Assembly (NCBI GenBank): GCA_964492935.1
Contig: CAZBLF010000010.1
Span: forward strand, 1-35,099
Length of the DNA: 35,099 bases
From: an uncultured Methanosarcinales archaeon
GTDB taxonomy: Archaea; Nanobdellota; Nanobdellia; Woesearchaeales; JACPBV01
Reading direction: 5' to 3'
The position numbers were made by a program, and so were the translations under genes. The notes under the pieces are model-generated. The model was not told the origin of the DNA and made no database searches. It worked only from the letters and a program-made list of their open reading frames with translations. Shown in pieces: positions 17,253-27,450 of this stretch. The first letter of the stretch is position 1. Every line of letters begins with the position of its first letter.

Positions 17253-18389
17253 CTACTCTTTCTGGTATCCTTTTACCTGTAGCTTGCCTTTTCCGGAGAA
17301 GACTTCTTTTTCAAGGGTTATTGCGAATCCTTTTTCTTTTGCTGCCTCTGCAATGAGAGTTTGGTCGCGCTGGATGATGGTGAGCGTGCCTTTAGGTTTA
17401 AGAATGAAGGCTGCTTGGTAGAACAACTCCAGATATCTTTTTTTGAGATCTCGTGCATTGGAAAATTTGCTTGGTTCTGGAGGATGGGTAATGATTTTAT
17501 GAACGGATTTTTTTTCTAGCTTGGTATCGAGCCAGTCTACATCGAAACGTGAAAATTTGATTGCTTTATGGATTCCTGCTATTTTTGCGTTCTTTTTTGC
17601 TGCCGTGACGTTCGGCATCTTGGCATCATAGCAGAAAATATTTGGTTTTTTGACTTCTGTTTTTTTATCGTGCTTGGAGAACCATTTTTTCCAGTCTAAT
17701 TGCAAGGGTTTGAGTTTTTTGAAGGCGAGTTTGTCTTGGCTATAGAAATTGATGGAGGTTTTTGTCTGTCTGAGGGCAGCTTCAATACAGATTTCTCCGG
17801 ACCAGGAAAAGGGATCGAGCAAGATTTCTTTTTCTTTCCATTGTGCTATATGTAGTAGTCCGGCTGCGATGGTACCACGTAATGATGCTGGATTGGGAAA
17901 GATTTTGTACTCTCTTTTGTGTAGATCTTTACCTGCGTAGTCTATTGCGAGGTAGGCCTTCTTTTTGGTGAGCACAAGAAGGATATTGAGTTCGGGTTTA
18001 CTGAGGTTGACTTCTAACTTCTTATTTTGTTCAAGGATGAGTGCTCCAATCTCTGCAGCCATTTCTTCTCTTGGTAAATCGGTATCGCAGCTGATTCCGG
18101 TAACGCGAAATGTGGTTGTTTTGTCGACCCAATCGCTCCAAGGTACTTTTTTTATTGCTGTTTTTGCTTGATCAAGAAGGTCTTCTTCGTCCTTGTAGGG
18201 AATTTCTGCTAATAGTTCTCCCACATAATCGATGGTCTGGGCTTTGTATGCAAGAAGGCAGATGTTTTCTTGTGTGGTTTGCGCAAGTACTAGAAATTCT
18301 TCAATCTTTGTTTTGGCTTTCGTGAGGCTCTTGATTTCTTGTTCTGCAGCTTCTTCGAGGCCGTGCGAGACTACTGTTAGTGTATTCAT
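17253..18389 (-). CDS. THUMP-domain N2-guanine RNA methyltransferase, Trm14/RlmL-like, with degenerate motifs
   Basis: GLEEAAEQEI, DLHKREY, ASLRGTIAAGLL, DPFSWSGEICIEAA, ITHPP. Confidence 0.85.
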   Translation of the reverse strand: MNTLTVVSHGLEEAAEQEIKSLTKAKTKIEEFLVLAQTTQENICLLAYKAQTIDYVGELLAEIPYKDEEDLLDQAKTAIKKVPWSDWVDKTTTFRVTGISCDTDLPREEMAAEIGALILEQNKKLEVNLSKPELNILLVLTKKKAYLAIDYAGKDLHKREYKIFPNPASLRGTIAAGLLHIAQWKEKEILLDPFSWSGEICIEAALRQTKTSINFYSQDKLAFKKLKPLQLDWKKWFSKHDKKTEVKKPNIFCYDAKMPNVTAAKKNAKIAGIHKAIKFSRFDVDWLDTKLEKKSVHKIITHPPEPSKFSNARDLKKRYLELFYQAAFILKPKGTLTIIQRDQTLIAEAAKEKGFAITLEKEVFSGKGKLQVKGYQKE

Positions 18390-18414
18390 GAGCTAGAAAA
18401 ATAGTTTTCTTTAT

Positions 18415-20925
18415 TTAAGGTGATTGGTCTTTTGCTGGTTCTTCAGTTGATTCATCTTCGGGTGGTGTTTCGTCATTGCCATTTTCCGGAGTTGTCTCTT
18501 CGCTGATAATCTTGGCAGCTGCAACTACTTTATCGCCTTCAGACAGGCGCATGAGGCGCATTCCTTGGGTTGCACGGCCGATTACGGAGATGCCGGAAGC
18601 TGCGGTACGGATGGTGATTCCTTTTCTAGAGATAAACATGATTTCATCGTTTGTTTCTAAGGATTTTATTGCGATGACTTTTCCATTTCTTTCGGAGCAG
18701 ATGATGTTTTTGACGCCTACACCTCCACGACCAATCAATCGATACTCTTCGATGCTTGTTTGTTTTCCATATCCATTCTCGGTGATCGTTAATAGACTCT
18801 TTTCATCTTGGCCGATGACCATATCGATGACTTCGTCGTCGTTTTTGAGGTTGATTCCGCGAACACCTTTGGCAGATCTTCCAGTTGCTCGAACATCTTG
18901 CTCATTGAACTTGATTGCCATTCCGTTTTTCGTTGCAATGAGGATTTGTTTACTTCCATCGGTTTTCTTTACCGTTATTAATTCGTCATCTCCGTCGAGG
19001 GTGATGGCAATGATTCCTCCTTTTCTCGGTCTGGAGTATGCTTTTAATTCGGTTTTCTTTACGGTTCCTTTTCGTGTGGTCATGATTAGGTTTTGACCTT
19101 CTTTAAATTCAGCTACTGGAATAAACGCAGTTATCTTTTCGTTTTCTCCGAGATCAAGTAGGTTTGCGATGGACTTTCCTAGTGCTTGGCGTGATGCTTC
19201 TGGAACATGGTAGACTTTCAGCCAGTGGATTTTTCCTTGATCGGTGAAAAACAGAATATGGGCGTGGGTGTCTGCAACAAAGAGATCTTCGACGAAGTCT
19301 TGTTCTTTTGTTCCTGCTGCAATAACTCCTTTACCGCCGCGTTTTTGCTGTTTGTAGACGTCTAGTGGTTGTCTCTTAATGTAGCCTGAATGTGTAATGG
19401 TGAGTACCATACGCTCTTGTTTGATGAGGTCTTCCATGTCGAACGTTTCTAGTTCCATATCGGTGATTATGCTTTTTCTTTCGTCACCGAACTTTTCTTT
19501 TAATTCGTTGAGCTCAGCTTTTATGATGTCGAGTATTTTTTGTTCTGATGCCAGGATTCCTTTGAGATGTTCGATCTTTTTGAGTAGTTCGCCATGTTCT
19601 TGCTTTATTTTGTCTTGTTCTAATGCAGTTAATCTAGAAAGACGCATTTCGAGGATGGCATTTGCCTGAATTTCTGAAATGACTAATGCTCCCATTAATT
19701 TTTTTCTAGCTTCGTCAACGGATTTGCTTTCTTTGATGAGGGTGACGGTGTTATCGATATCGTTTAATGCTTTTAATAATCCTTCAAGGATATGTGCGCG
19801 TTCCTCTGCCTTTTTGAGGTCGTATTGTGTCCTTTTCGTCACCATCACTTTTCGATGTTCTACGAAGTAGTGGATGAGTTCTTTGAGGTTTAATCTTCTA
19901 GGTCGGTTTTCTACGAGTGCAACAATTCCAATTCCGAATGAATCTTGTAGACGGGAATGCTTGTAGAGGAGATTGAGAATGACTTCTGCGTTGGCATCTT
20001 TCTTTAGTTCGAAGACGATGCGCATACCGTCTCGGTCGGATTCGTCTCTGATGTCGGAAATGCCTGGGATCTTGTCGTTTTTGACTAGGTTTGCAATATT
20101 GATGATGAGATCTGCTTTGTTGACGGCGTAAGGTATCTCTGTAACGATGATTCTGTTTTTGTCGTTGTCGATTTGGGATTTTGCACGTACAATGACCTTA
20201 CCTCTACCTGTTTTATATGCTAATTTAATTCCGGCAGTGCCACAGATGATTCCTCCTGTTGGGAAATCGGGGGCTTTGATGTGTTGCATCATCTCATCGA
20301 TGTCAATTTCGGTGTTGTCGATGTAGGCTATTGCTGCATCACAGGTTTCGTTGAGGTTGTGTGGCGGGATGTTGGTTGCCATGCCTACAGCGATACCGGA
20401 TGATCCATTAATTAAGAGATTAGGAGCTTTAGAAGGTAGTACGGTGGGTTCTTTTAGCGATCCATCGAAGTTGTCTTGGAACGGTACGGTTTCTTTGTCG
20501 ATGTCTTCTAGTAGTTCTTCTGCAAGCTTTTGCATTTTGGCTTCGGTGTAACGCATTGCAGCTGCATTGTCTCCATCTACGCTTCCAAAATTACCATGAC
20601 CATTGATTAGTGGATATCTTAGCGAGAAATCTTGTGCCATTCGCACCAATGAATCGTAAACAGCGGTATCGCCATGCGGATGGTACTTACCGAGAACGTC
20701 TCCAACGATTCTTGCGCACTTTCTGAAGGGTTTATTTGATTGGAGGCCTAATTCATTGCTTGCAAAGAGAATTCTTCGGTGTACGGGCTTTAAACCATCC
20801 CGGACATCAGGTAGGGCACGACCTACAATAACGGACATAGCGTAATCTACATAGGATTGTCGCATCTCGTCCTCGATTATTCTGGGGACTATTTTCTCTC
20901 CTGAATGTTGTTTTGGTTCGTCCAT
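18415..20925 (-). CDS. gyrA: DNA gyrase subunit A
   Basis: [23 protein letters not shown], GyrA-box QKRGGKG, C-terminal pinwheel repeats. Confidence 0.98.
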   Translation of the reverse strand: MDEPKQHSGEKIVPRIIEDEMRQSYVDYAMSVIVGRALPDVRDGLKPVHRRILFASNELGLQSNKPFRKCARIVGDVLGKYHPHGDTAVYDSLVRMAQDFSLRYPLINGHGNFGSVDGDNAAAMRYTEAKMQKLAEELLEDIDKETVPFQDNFDGSLKEPTVLPSKAPNLLINGSSGIAVGMATNIPPHNLNETCDAAIAYIDNTEIDIDEMMQHIKAPDFPTGGIICGTAGIKLAYKTGRGKVIVRAKSQIDNDKNRIIVTEIPYAVNKADLIINIANLVKNDKIPGISDIRDESDRDGMRIVFELKKDANAEVILNLLYKHSRLQDSFGIGIVALVENRPRRLNLKELIHYFVEHRKVMVTKRTQYDLKKAEERAHILEGLLKALNDIDNTVTLIKESKSVDEARKKLMGALVISEIQANAILEMRLSRLTALEQDKIKQEHGELLKKIEHLKGILASEQKILDIIKAELNELKEKFGDERKSIITDMELETFDMEDLIKQERMVLTITHSGYIKRQPLDVYKQQKRGGKGVIAAGTKEQDFVEDLFVADTHAHILFFTDQGKIHWLKVYHVPEASRQALGKSIANLLDLGENEKITAFIPVAEFKEGQNLIMTTRKGTVKKTELKAYSRPRKGGIIAITLDGDDELITVKKTDGSKQILIATKNGMAIKFNEQDVRATGRSAKGVRGINLKNDDEVIDMVIGQDEKSLLTITENGYGKQTSIEEYRLIGRGGVGVKNIICSERNGKVIAIKSLETNDEIMFISRKGITIRTAASGISVIGRATQGMRLMRLSEGDKVVAAAKIISEETTPENGNDETPPEDESTEEPAKDQSP

Positions 20926-21010
20926 ATTGAGAAGTTTCTAGTACTATGGAGGGGAACTTGCTTTATGTTCACTCCTTTTATGATAGCGTATTTATTGTTC
21001 GTTCACAATA

Positions 21011-21058
21011 ATCAAAGTGCATATCTTGTGTAATTGATAGTGCACTTTGATATATAAA
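21011..21058 (-). promoter_or_regulatory. Probable gyrA promoter: TATA box abutting an inverted repeat
   Basis: TTTATATA (minus) 21051-21058; atcaaagtgca/tgcactttgat 21011-21051. Confidence 0.6.
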
Positions 21059-21104
21059 CGTTTGGATTAAATTTTAGTGTTTAAAGGCTTCTCGATTAAG
21101 AATT

Positions 21105-21305
21105 CTAAGGTTTGAGCCCGTCGGTGAAGGTGCCATATGTGGTTATTTTGGGTGTTTTGTTGCTGTCTTTGGTTAAGTTATCTCGGACTTTGAAAGATCT
21201 TGAGCAGTAGACACATTGCTTTCGTTTTTTCATGATATTTTGATCTGGGCAGGAGTATTTCATTTGGTTCTTGCATTGTGGACAGCGGACTAGGAAGTAG
21301 AACAT
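21105..21305 (-). CDS. Small zinc-ribbon protein
   Basis: CPQC...CVYC. Confidence 0.75.
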   Translation of the reverse strand: MFYFLVRCPQCKNQMKYSCPDQNIMKKRKQCVYCSRSFKVRDNLTKDSNKTPKITTYGTFTDGLKP

Positions 21306-21392
21306 ATTTTGAGGTAATGAGTTTGTGTTTTTATGGGTTTTGTTGACTGGGCCACATATATTCTTATAAATGTCAATTCATTCCTTCTGGTT

Positions 21393-21806
21393 ATGATGCA
21401 GTGGATTTTTGCCTTCCCGACAATGATGGTGTTATTTTGCCTCTTTATTGCTCTTTTTGTAGTTGTGTTTTGGGTTTGGGCGTTTATCGATTGTTTACGG
21501 AGTAAGAGGGATCCTGCAGAAAAGCTTTTATGGATTGTGATCATTCTTTTCTTTCCGTTGATAGGGGCACTGCTCTATTTACTCGTTGGAACACGTGGAG
21601 GTACGAAGATGACAAAACATAAAGGAAAAAAGTTGGTACGATCAAAGAGAAATCGTTTGTTGGGAGGAGTATGTGCAGGTGTCGGAAAATATCTTGGGAT
21701 TGATCCTACGGTTGTTCGGTTGGTATGGGTCTTGTTGAGTTTGGCAAGCTTAGGAACGGGTGTTTTGATTTACCTGATCGCTTGGATCTTAATTCCGGAA
21801 GAATAA
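21393..21806 (+). CDS. PLDc_N-like membrane domain fused to a PspC domain
   Basis: WVWAFIDC...KLLWIVIILFFPLIGALLYLLVG; RSKRNRLLGGVCAGVGKYLGIDPTVVRL...YLIAWILIPEE; start inferred from TTATAAA 21364-21370. Confidence 0.88.
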   Translation: MMQWIFAFPTMMVLFCLFIALFVVVFWVWAFIDCLRSKRDPAEKLLWIVIILFFPLIGALLYLLVGTRGGTKMTKHKGKKLVRSKRNRLLGGVCAGVGKYLGIDPTVVRLVWVLLSLASLGTGVLIYLIAWILIPEE

Positions 21807-21808
21807 GG

Positions 21809-22933
21809 TTATTTCTTTTTTTCTTCTTTTTCTAACTTTTCAGGATCTTTATTGGGTTCTGCATGAGGGATTTCTTCTTGTAATTCTTCATCAACATCTT
21901 CTAGTTTTTTTGGAGGTTCTTGTTCTTTGTCTTCTTCTTGTTCAGGAGTTTCTTCTTCAGCTGGTTCCTCTTCGGTTGTGTCGTCTTCCTCTTCTTCTGG
22001 CTCTTCTTCATCCGTTTCTTCTTCTTGGTTGCCAGTGGATTTTCTGAGGAGTTCATCGACTTTTGCGTCGACATCGGATTCAACTTCGGCGGATGATTTT
22101 TTGGGTTTTTCTCCAGTAACCATGCCTTCTACTTCATCAACGACCTCTTCGCCCATCTCTTCTGTGTATTCGAGACCTTCTTCATTGGATTCTTCCTCTG
22201 GTTCTGCTTCTTCATCTTCAGGAACGTCTACCACGTCTAGATTGCCGACTTTTTCTTCTATGACTTGGACGCTTTCTTGTTTTTCTTTTTCTAATTCGTC
22301 TTGTGGTTCGTCAAATTGTTCTAATTCTGTTACGGTACCATCCGCTTCGACTAGATCTATTTCCGCCCCAGCTTTTTTTGCATCTGTTTTCTGATCGCGT
22401 TTGATGGTGTCGATTTCTTGTTCTTTATCGGTGATTGCCTTAGCGATACCTTCGAAGTCTTGGAACTTTTCTTTTAATTTGTCTTCTGGAAGATCGAAAT
22501 ACTCGAAGAATTTTTCTGTTAGTTTGATTAATCTTGTTCGTCCGAACTTTTGTCTGGTGATGTAGCCTAACTCTTCTAATTCGGAGAGATGATCGTAGGC
22601 TTTGTTGGTTCGAATTTTAATTAAATCAGCTTGCTTGATGGGATACTTGAATGCGATGACGGCTAATGTTTCTAATAATGTTTTGGAGAGTTCGGTTTTG
22701 GTTACTACCTGTCTTACGCTTTCGATGTGTTCGTCTTTTACCGTTAATTTCCAGGCATTTCCATCATCTATGATGTGGATGGAGGAGTGACGCTGTTTGT
22801 ATTCTTGTTCAAGTTCTTTTAGTGTTTCTCTAATATCTTCAGGAGTAGCTTTGGTGAAGGTTTCTAGCTCTTCTAGCGTCATTCTGCGACCCGAAGAGAA
22901 CAGTAGTGCTTCTATTTTGTATTTTAGTGTCAT
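21809..22933 (-). CDS. scpB: SMC-Scp complex subunit ScpB with long acidic tail
   Basis: IEALLFSSG, LSKTLLETLAVIAFKYPI, TEKFFEYFDL; probable start ATG 22933. Confidence 0.92.
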   Translation of the reverse strand: MTLKYKIEALLFSSGRRMTLEELETFTKATPEDIRETLKELEQEYKQRHSSIHIIDDGNAWKLTVKDEHIESVRQVVTKTELSKTLLETLAVIAFKYPIKQADLIKIRTNKAYDHLSELEELGYITRQKFGRTRLIKLTEKFFEYFDLPEDKLKEKFQDFEGIAKAITDKEQEIDTIKRDQKTDAKKAGAEIDLVEADGTVTELEQFDEPQDELEKEKQESVQVIEEKVGNLDVVDVPEDEEAEPEEESNEEGLEYTEEMGEEVVDEVEGMVTGEKPKKSSAEVESDVDAKVDELLRKSTGNQEEETDEEEPEEEEDDTTEEEPAEEETPEQEEDKEQEPPKKLEDVDEELQEEIPHAEPNKDPEKLEKEEKKK

Positions 22934-23112
22934 CAGTCCTCTTTTTCTTAATTGAATAGCAGGTATATAAATGCTGTGACGTTGTATACTCAAAGCAAAT
23001 AATTATCGAACTTTTGTTTGCTTTTCCTAATAAGCAAAGGCAATATCTATGTTCGAATATTTTTTGCCTTTGCTATAGCTGCGTGCAGGTGTAACCCCCA
23101 AGGTAAATCTGC

Positions 23113-23697
23113 TTATTCGCTTTTTGCTACTTCGTATTCATCGTCTTTCAGAGTGAGTTTTCCTTCTTTGACTTCCTGGTCTAGGAATTCCTTCAGCCGC
23201 TCTGGATCGATTCCGGAGAGCTTTTCCAGCTTCTCATAGGTGTTTCTCCCGACTGAAATGAGTACGGCAATATTATTGCGGAGCATGTTATTGAGATTAT
23301 TTTTGAGAAAGGTACTTTCGGCACGTAGTTGTTTGGCAACCATGTCTACCTGGTGGAGTTTTGCTTGGAGATCGTTGAATACTGCGGAGATGTCGCTATT
23401 TTTTAGCAGGAGCTCTGCTGGTTTTTCGATGTCAATAGAACTTGGCATGTAGTCGAAGCAGAATCCTACTAAAGTATCCATTCCTTTAGCAACCATTTCA
23501 ATTTCGACATAGGTTGAAAACAGTGATTTTTCTAGTTTCTTAGGAGGTTCGAATTTCTCATTGAGGATAGAGATATCGGAATTTTCTTTGATTTCCTCGA
23601 CAAGCATACGTATCGTTTTTTCAACGTGGGCTTTAGGTTTGCCTAGTACCTCGAGGATGGTACGCGCTCTGATGGGGTATGTTGTTGCATCTGCCAT
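23113..23697 (-). CDS. Hypothetical protein (alpha/beta domain, coiled coil, C-terminal wHTH-like segment)
   Basis: 194 aa; ILEVLGKP, FDYMPSSIDI. Confidence 0.75.
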   Translation of the reverse strand: MADATTYPIRARTILEVLGKPKAHVEKTIRMLVEEIKENSDISILNEKFEPPKKLEKSLFSTYVEIEMVAKGMDTLVGFCFDYMPSSIDIEKPAELLLKNSDISAVFNDLQAKLHQVDMVAKQLRAESTFLKNNLNNMLRNNIAVLISVGRNTYEKLEKLSGIDPERLKEFLDQEVKEGKLTLKDDEYEVAKSE

Positions 23698-23732
23698 AGG
23701 TTCTTGGAGTAAAAGTTTCTTTAAAAATATTG

Positions 23733-25517
23733 CTATCGTTTAAGGGTAAGTGTGATGGCATAGAGGGTCATGAGCACGGCGAAGAGATAGACGCCGATCT
23801 CTTTCGTTTTAAAGGTGGTTGATTCGTATACGGTGATGAAATTCCCAGTGACTGGTGGAATTTGTGATTGAGTATTTGTTGCGGTGAGGATGGTTTCTGG
23901 GTTTTCTTGTAGAGTATTCGTGATTGTTGGTTCTTCACTTTCACCGATGATCTGTATTGTACGTAGCACTCGCTTTTCTTTTTCGCCATCATCCACCGTG
24001 TAGCGGAGCATGAGATTGTAATCGCCAGCCGGAATATCTTCTAGATTGTTTTTGAATACGGTTTGCTTGGATCCTCGTTTCTCAATGAAGACTTCCTTGA
24101 GGTTCGATTCGCGTTCCCCAGAATAGGAGGTGCTGCCTTTGAAGAGATAGCTCCACATTTTCAGATTGTGATGGCGGTTATCGTTATTTTCTATGTAGAT
24201 GGTGGTTTCTATCTGGCTATTGCTCCTGGCGTCGGTAGGATACTCAGTAATGTCTACGAGGAGATCGGGTTGCTGTTTGGCAAGGCTTTCTTTGGGGCAG
24301 ATGGAGTCTTGGGTGCCTGCAACTTCAATCTGAAATGCGGTTTCGTCGCCTAGTCCTTGCGCTTTGAGGATGTAGGTGTCGGATTCATAGTCTAGATCGC
24401 AATTAGGTTTTATTTGCACCGGGATTGTGATTTCGTAATGGGTGAAGATATCTGGAAGATAGACTTTGGATTGTTTTGTTATTTTATGCTCTTCGTTTTC
24501 CATCCACAATGCCACGACCTCTTTTTTTGTGTCGCCTTTGTACACTTTTACTTTGGCACGTATGGTCTGGCCGAAGGATGCTGTCTCATCAGACCCGAGA
24601 TCGTATATTTTTTCTATTATGATATTGGAATCGTTTCCGAGTGGATCGTCCAAAAGGGTGAAGATTTGTTGGATTGAGTTGCTTGCTAATTCTTGATCTT
24701 CGCAGTTGACTTCCATTTGTGCTGTAAGTAGATAGGATTTTCCTTTTTTGAGATTAGGAGAGTATTTAGATGAGGATTTTCTTGAGGTTACGGTGCGATT
24801 GGTCCAGGGTTTGTAGGATTTTACGAAGTTTCCGGTAAGGTCGCGAATGGATGCGGTGGCAGAGGTGATTGTTTTATTGCCATACTGTTTTTTAGCTCTC
24901 AGCTGCCATTCGAATTCGTCTTGGGGTTCGAAAACGGTTTTATTCATCAGGACTTCAAGGTACCAATCGCATCCGGTGCTGGGTGTGGCGATTCTTGAAC
25001 CGTTGTTGGGTAGTCCAGGTGTGGCGTTAGCAGGGGAGAAGGAATTGTTGAATCGAGCGTGTGAGAGGCCTTTGATGGATTGAGAGTAGGTTGCGGAATC
25101 TATGAGTTGAAGATTATTGTCATATAGATTGAAGGTTTCCCCTGGATTATTGAGACCGTTTCCCATCGCATCATCAGTGACGTAGAGTTTTATTGTGCTT
25201 GGATTAATGTCGAAATTATTGTAGACTCGAGTAGCGTAATCGGTGATGATGGCGAAGGCATGTCCCGGAATGATGGTTCCAAGTCCGAGAAAGAGGCCGC
25301 CCTCTAGTGTATCGTTTTCTTTTTCATCTCCAATATACCAGCCTGACACGTTTACGGATTGGGATTCGTTGTTGTAGAGCTCGATCCATTCGTTGAGTGA
25401 GTCGTCCTCAAATGGATCGGCATGGATTTCGTTAATCAGAACTGTTGCGTCACCTACACTTGATGCGAGAATGAATATGATTACTTGAAATCTTACTTTG
25501 CTGAGCGAGATCGTGAT
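23733..25517 (-). CDS. Lamin-tail-domain surface protein with Ig-like regions and C-terminal TM anchor
   Basis: Frame is open upstream of the called GTG and encodes VLINEIHADP...NEWIELYN...VNVSGW; TPGLPN; C-terminal TM + KR; ATC at 25517 is the best start candidate. Confidence 0.8.
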   Translation of the reverse strand: MTISLSKVRFQVIIFILASSVGDATVLINEIHADPFEDDSLNEWIELYNNESQSVNVSGWYIGDEKENDTLEGGLFLGLGTIIPGHAFAIITDYATRVYNNFDINPSTIKLYVTDDAMGNGLNNPGETFNLYDNNLQLIDSATYSQSIKGLSHARFNNSFSPANATPGLPNNGSRIATPSTGCDWYLEVLMNKTVFEPQDEFEWQLRAKKQYGNKTITSATASIRDLTGNFVKSYKPWTNRTVTSRKSSSKYSPNLKKGKSYLLTAQMEVNCEDQELASNSIQQIFTLLDDPLGNDSNIIIEKIYDLGSDETASFGQTIRAKVKVYKGDTKKEVVALWMENEEHKITKQSKVYLPDIFTHYEITIPVQIKPNCDLDYESDTYILKAQGLGDETAFQIEVAGTQDSICPKESLAKQQPDLLVDITEYPTDARSNSQIETTIYIENNDNRHHNLKMWSYLFKGSTSYSGERESNLKEVFIEKRGSKQTVFKNNLEDIPAGDYNLMLRYTVDDGEKEKRVLRTIQIIGESEEPTITNTLQENPETILTATNTQSQIPPVTGNFITVYESTTFKTKEIGVYLFAVLMTLYAITLTLKR

Positions 25518-26260
25518 TAGTCCAATTCGATTTCTTTTACGACTGCGATGATATCTTCGTCTTTGTTGGGGAGGGAGTCTACAAGTAGCAATCTTACTTT
25601 TTGTTGCTTTCCTTTGAAGTAGATTCTTGCGGCGTCTTTTCTTTGTACATAGCTATTTGCGGGAACTACGGTCTCGAGAATGAGATGTTTGTTGGGATCA
25701 CCATTGCGTATGGTTGAAGTCCACTCCTTATACACTTTAATTTCTATTCTCGGAACAATGGGATAATCGGCTTTGTTGATGATGGTGTATTCGACTGCAG
25801 TAACAAACCCATCGTCCTCCTTATTTTCTTCAAACTCGACGTTGTCAATTGAAAGTGTAATTCCGGAGACGGAGCCTGATGCCAAATCATCTACCTCGGG
25901 AAAGTTTAAGGAGCAGACTTCATTTTCATTTACTAGCGATCCATCATCGCAGCGTATTTTTATTGATTCTACTGCTTCTACTTTCGTTTTTGTGGGGCAG
26001 AGTGAACAGTCCTGCGAGCATTCTTGTTGGATGCATACTGGACATGAAACTTCGGGACAGCTCATGTTCTGTTCTATGATGACGTTTCCGGTGATGTTCT
26101 CTTCAGAGAATACCATGTGGAATCCGGTTATGGAAATGATTGCTACAACGAGAAAGGTTAGAATATTGGAATTGAATTTGGTTAATAGCACTGCCTTAGT
26201 TACTTTCCAGGCTCGCCCTTTCTTTGTGAGTGGTTCTTCTTCTTTTTCGAATGGGTCCAT
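25517..26260 (-). CDS. Single-pass membrane protein with Cys-rich stalk and Ig-like domain
   Basis: TM about aa 33-51, ITGNVI, CPEVSCPVC..C..DCSLCP. Confidence 0.8.
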   Translation of the reverse strand: MDPFEKEEEPLTKKGRAWKVTKAVLLTKFNSNILTFLVVAIISITGFHMVFSEENITGNVIIEQNMSCPEVSCPVCIQQECSQDCSLCPTKTKVEAVESIKIRCDDGSLVNENEVCSLNFPEVDDLASGSVSGITLSIDNVEFEENKEDDGFVTAVEYTIINKADYPIVPRIEIKVYKEWTSTIRNGDPNKHLILETVVPANSYVQRKDAARIYFKGKQQKVRLLLVDSLPNKDEDIIAVVKEIELD

Positions 26261-26371
26261 TGTCGATTGATGATTTTCTAAGGTTTTTCCTTTATATATC
26301 TTTGTGTTGTTACCATTGTCAAATGCACCTAAAAGCTTTAATAGCCAAAAGTTGCAAATAGTTGTTACGGG

Positions 26372-27211
26372 GTGAGTATTATAAGTTTTTTAGATATGTT
26401 CAAGAAACAGGATAAGGGCGTTACTCTAGATTTACCTCCAGAACCTCCGAAACTGCATGAAGTTACGGGCAGTAAAGGAGGAGAGCTTGATGGTGAATTG
26501 TTGCCTCGACACCTGAAACCACATCATGACGAACATCATGAGCTTCCACCGTTGCCGGATTTAGATGATGATTTGCCGGAATTGGAACCGCTTTCTACTG
26601 GAGATCATGGTTTGAAAACGGTTGATGATTTGAAACTTGATGATTTGCCGCCGTTGCCTTCACCGGAAGATACGCTTGATCATGATCTTCCGGAGATGCC
26701 GAAACCACCTGTTCATCATACTGCTCCACATCACTTTCCTAAACCGTCAGAGCATCATGATCACTTTCCGAAACCACCTGCACATCATGAGGCACCTCAC
26801 TTTCCTAAACCACCTGTGATGCCGCCTATGCCGAAACCACCTGTTCATCCTGATCACATTCCTAATCCTCAGGCGATGCCTCCACCGAAACCTATGAGAA
26901 CTCCTCATAAGGCTATTCAGGAAGGACCTTCGTTTGGTGATTTGTTTCCAGAGGATCATCCTGCGATGCAGGGTGGGGCGCAAGATAAGATTATTCGTGA
27001 TGATGCTGCATTCTTGTCGGTGTTATCGTTCGAGCGTGTTTTAGGAGATATGCAGACGTCGCGCGAAGATTTGAAGCGGATACATCACTATGTTTCCGAT
27101 ATTTCGGGATATGTGGGCGATGAGGATAAGGCATATGCCTCGTTTAGAGAGGATATTATTGATATTCAGCAAAGATTAGCAAAAATGGACAAGGTGTTAT
27201 TTACCGCATAA
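26372..27211 (+). CDS. Pro/His-rich protein with C-terminal 65-aa coiled-coil domain
   Basis: Low-complexity linker with HFPKP/MPKPP repeats; C-terminal domain aligns with the next two ORFs. Confidence 0.85.
   Translation: MSIISFLDMFKKQDKGVTLDLPPEPPKLHEVTGSKGGELDGELLPRHLKPHHDEHHELPPLPDLDDDLPELEPLSTGDHGLKTVDDLKLDDLPPLPSPEDTLDHDLPEMPKPPVHHTAPHHFPKPSEHHDHFPKPPAHHEAPHFPKPPVMPPMPKPPVHPDHIPNPQAMPPPKPMRTPHKAIQEGPSFGDLFPEDHPAMQGGAQDKIIRDDAAFLSVLSFERVLGDMQTSREDLKRIHHYVSDISGYVGDEDKAYASFREDIIDIQQRLAKMDKVLFTA
26696..26893 (+). repeat. Intragenic imperfect repeats (cc(g/t)aaacc; [HM]-FPKP/PKPP units)
   Basis: Six PKP-containing units. Confidence 0.7.
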
Positions 27212-27226
27212 CTAGAGGTGACCAAG

Positions 27227-27448
27227 ATGGATGACGGAGTATTCGTAAAAATTGATGATTACAAATCTGTTTTAGATATTGTGGCAAAGGTGAAAAGTAA
27301 AATTCATGATGCTCGCAGTACGATAGAGCAGATTAAGCATCTGAAGCACCGAGAGGATACTGAATTGGGTGCATGGGGACAGAAGCTTGATGATATTGAA
27401 GGAAAAATGGATGATTTAGACAGAACGATGTTTAGACCTCCTGCATAG
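27227..27448 (+). CDS. Small coiled-coil protein (VFVKIDDY...)
   Basis: SD GAGGTGA 27215-27221 before ATG 27227; heptad pattern. Confidence 0.85.
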   Translation: MDDGVFVKIDDYKSVLDIVAKVKSKIHDARSTIEQIKHLKHREDTELGAWGQKLDDIEGKMDDLDRTMFRPPA

Positions 27449-27450
27449 CT

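Noticed and set aside
26696..26893. CRISPR-like array
   Set aside because: Repeats are short, in-frame and coding; no cas genes or regular spacers anywhere in the window
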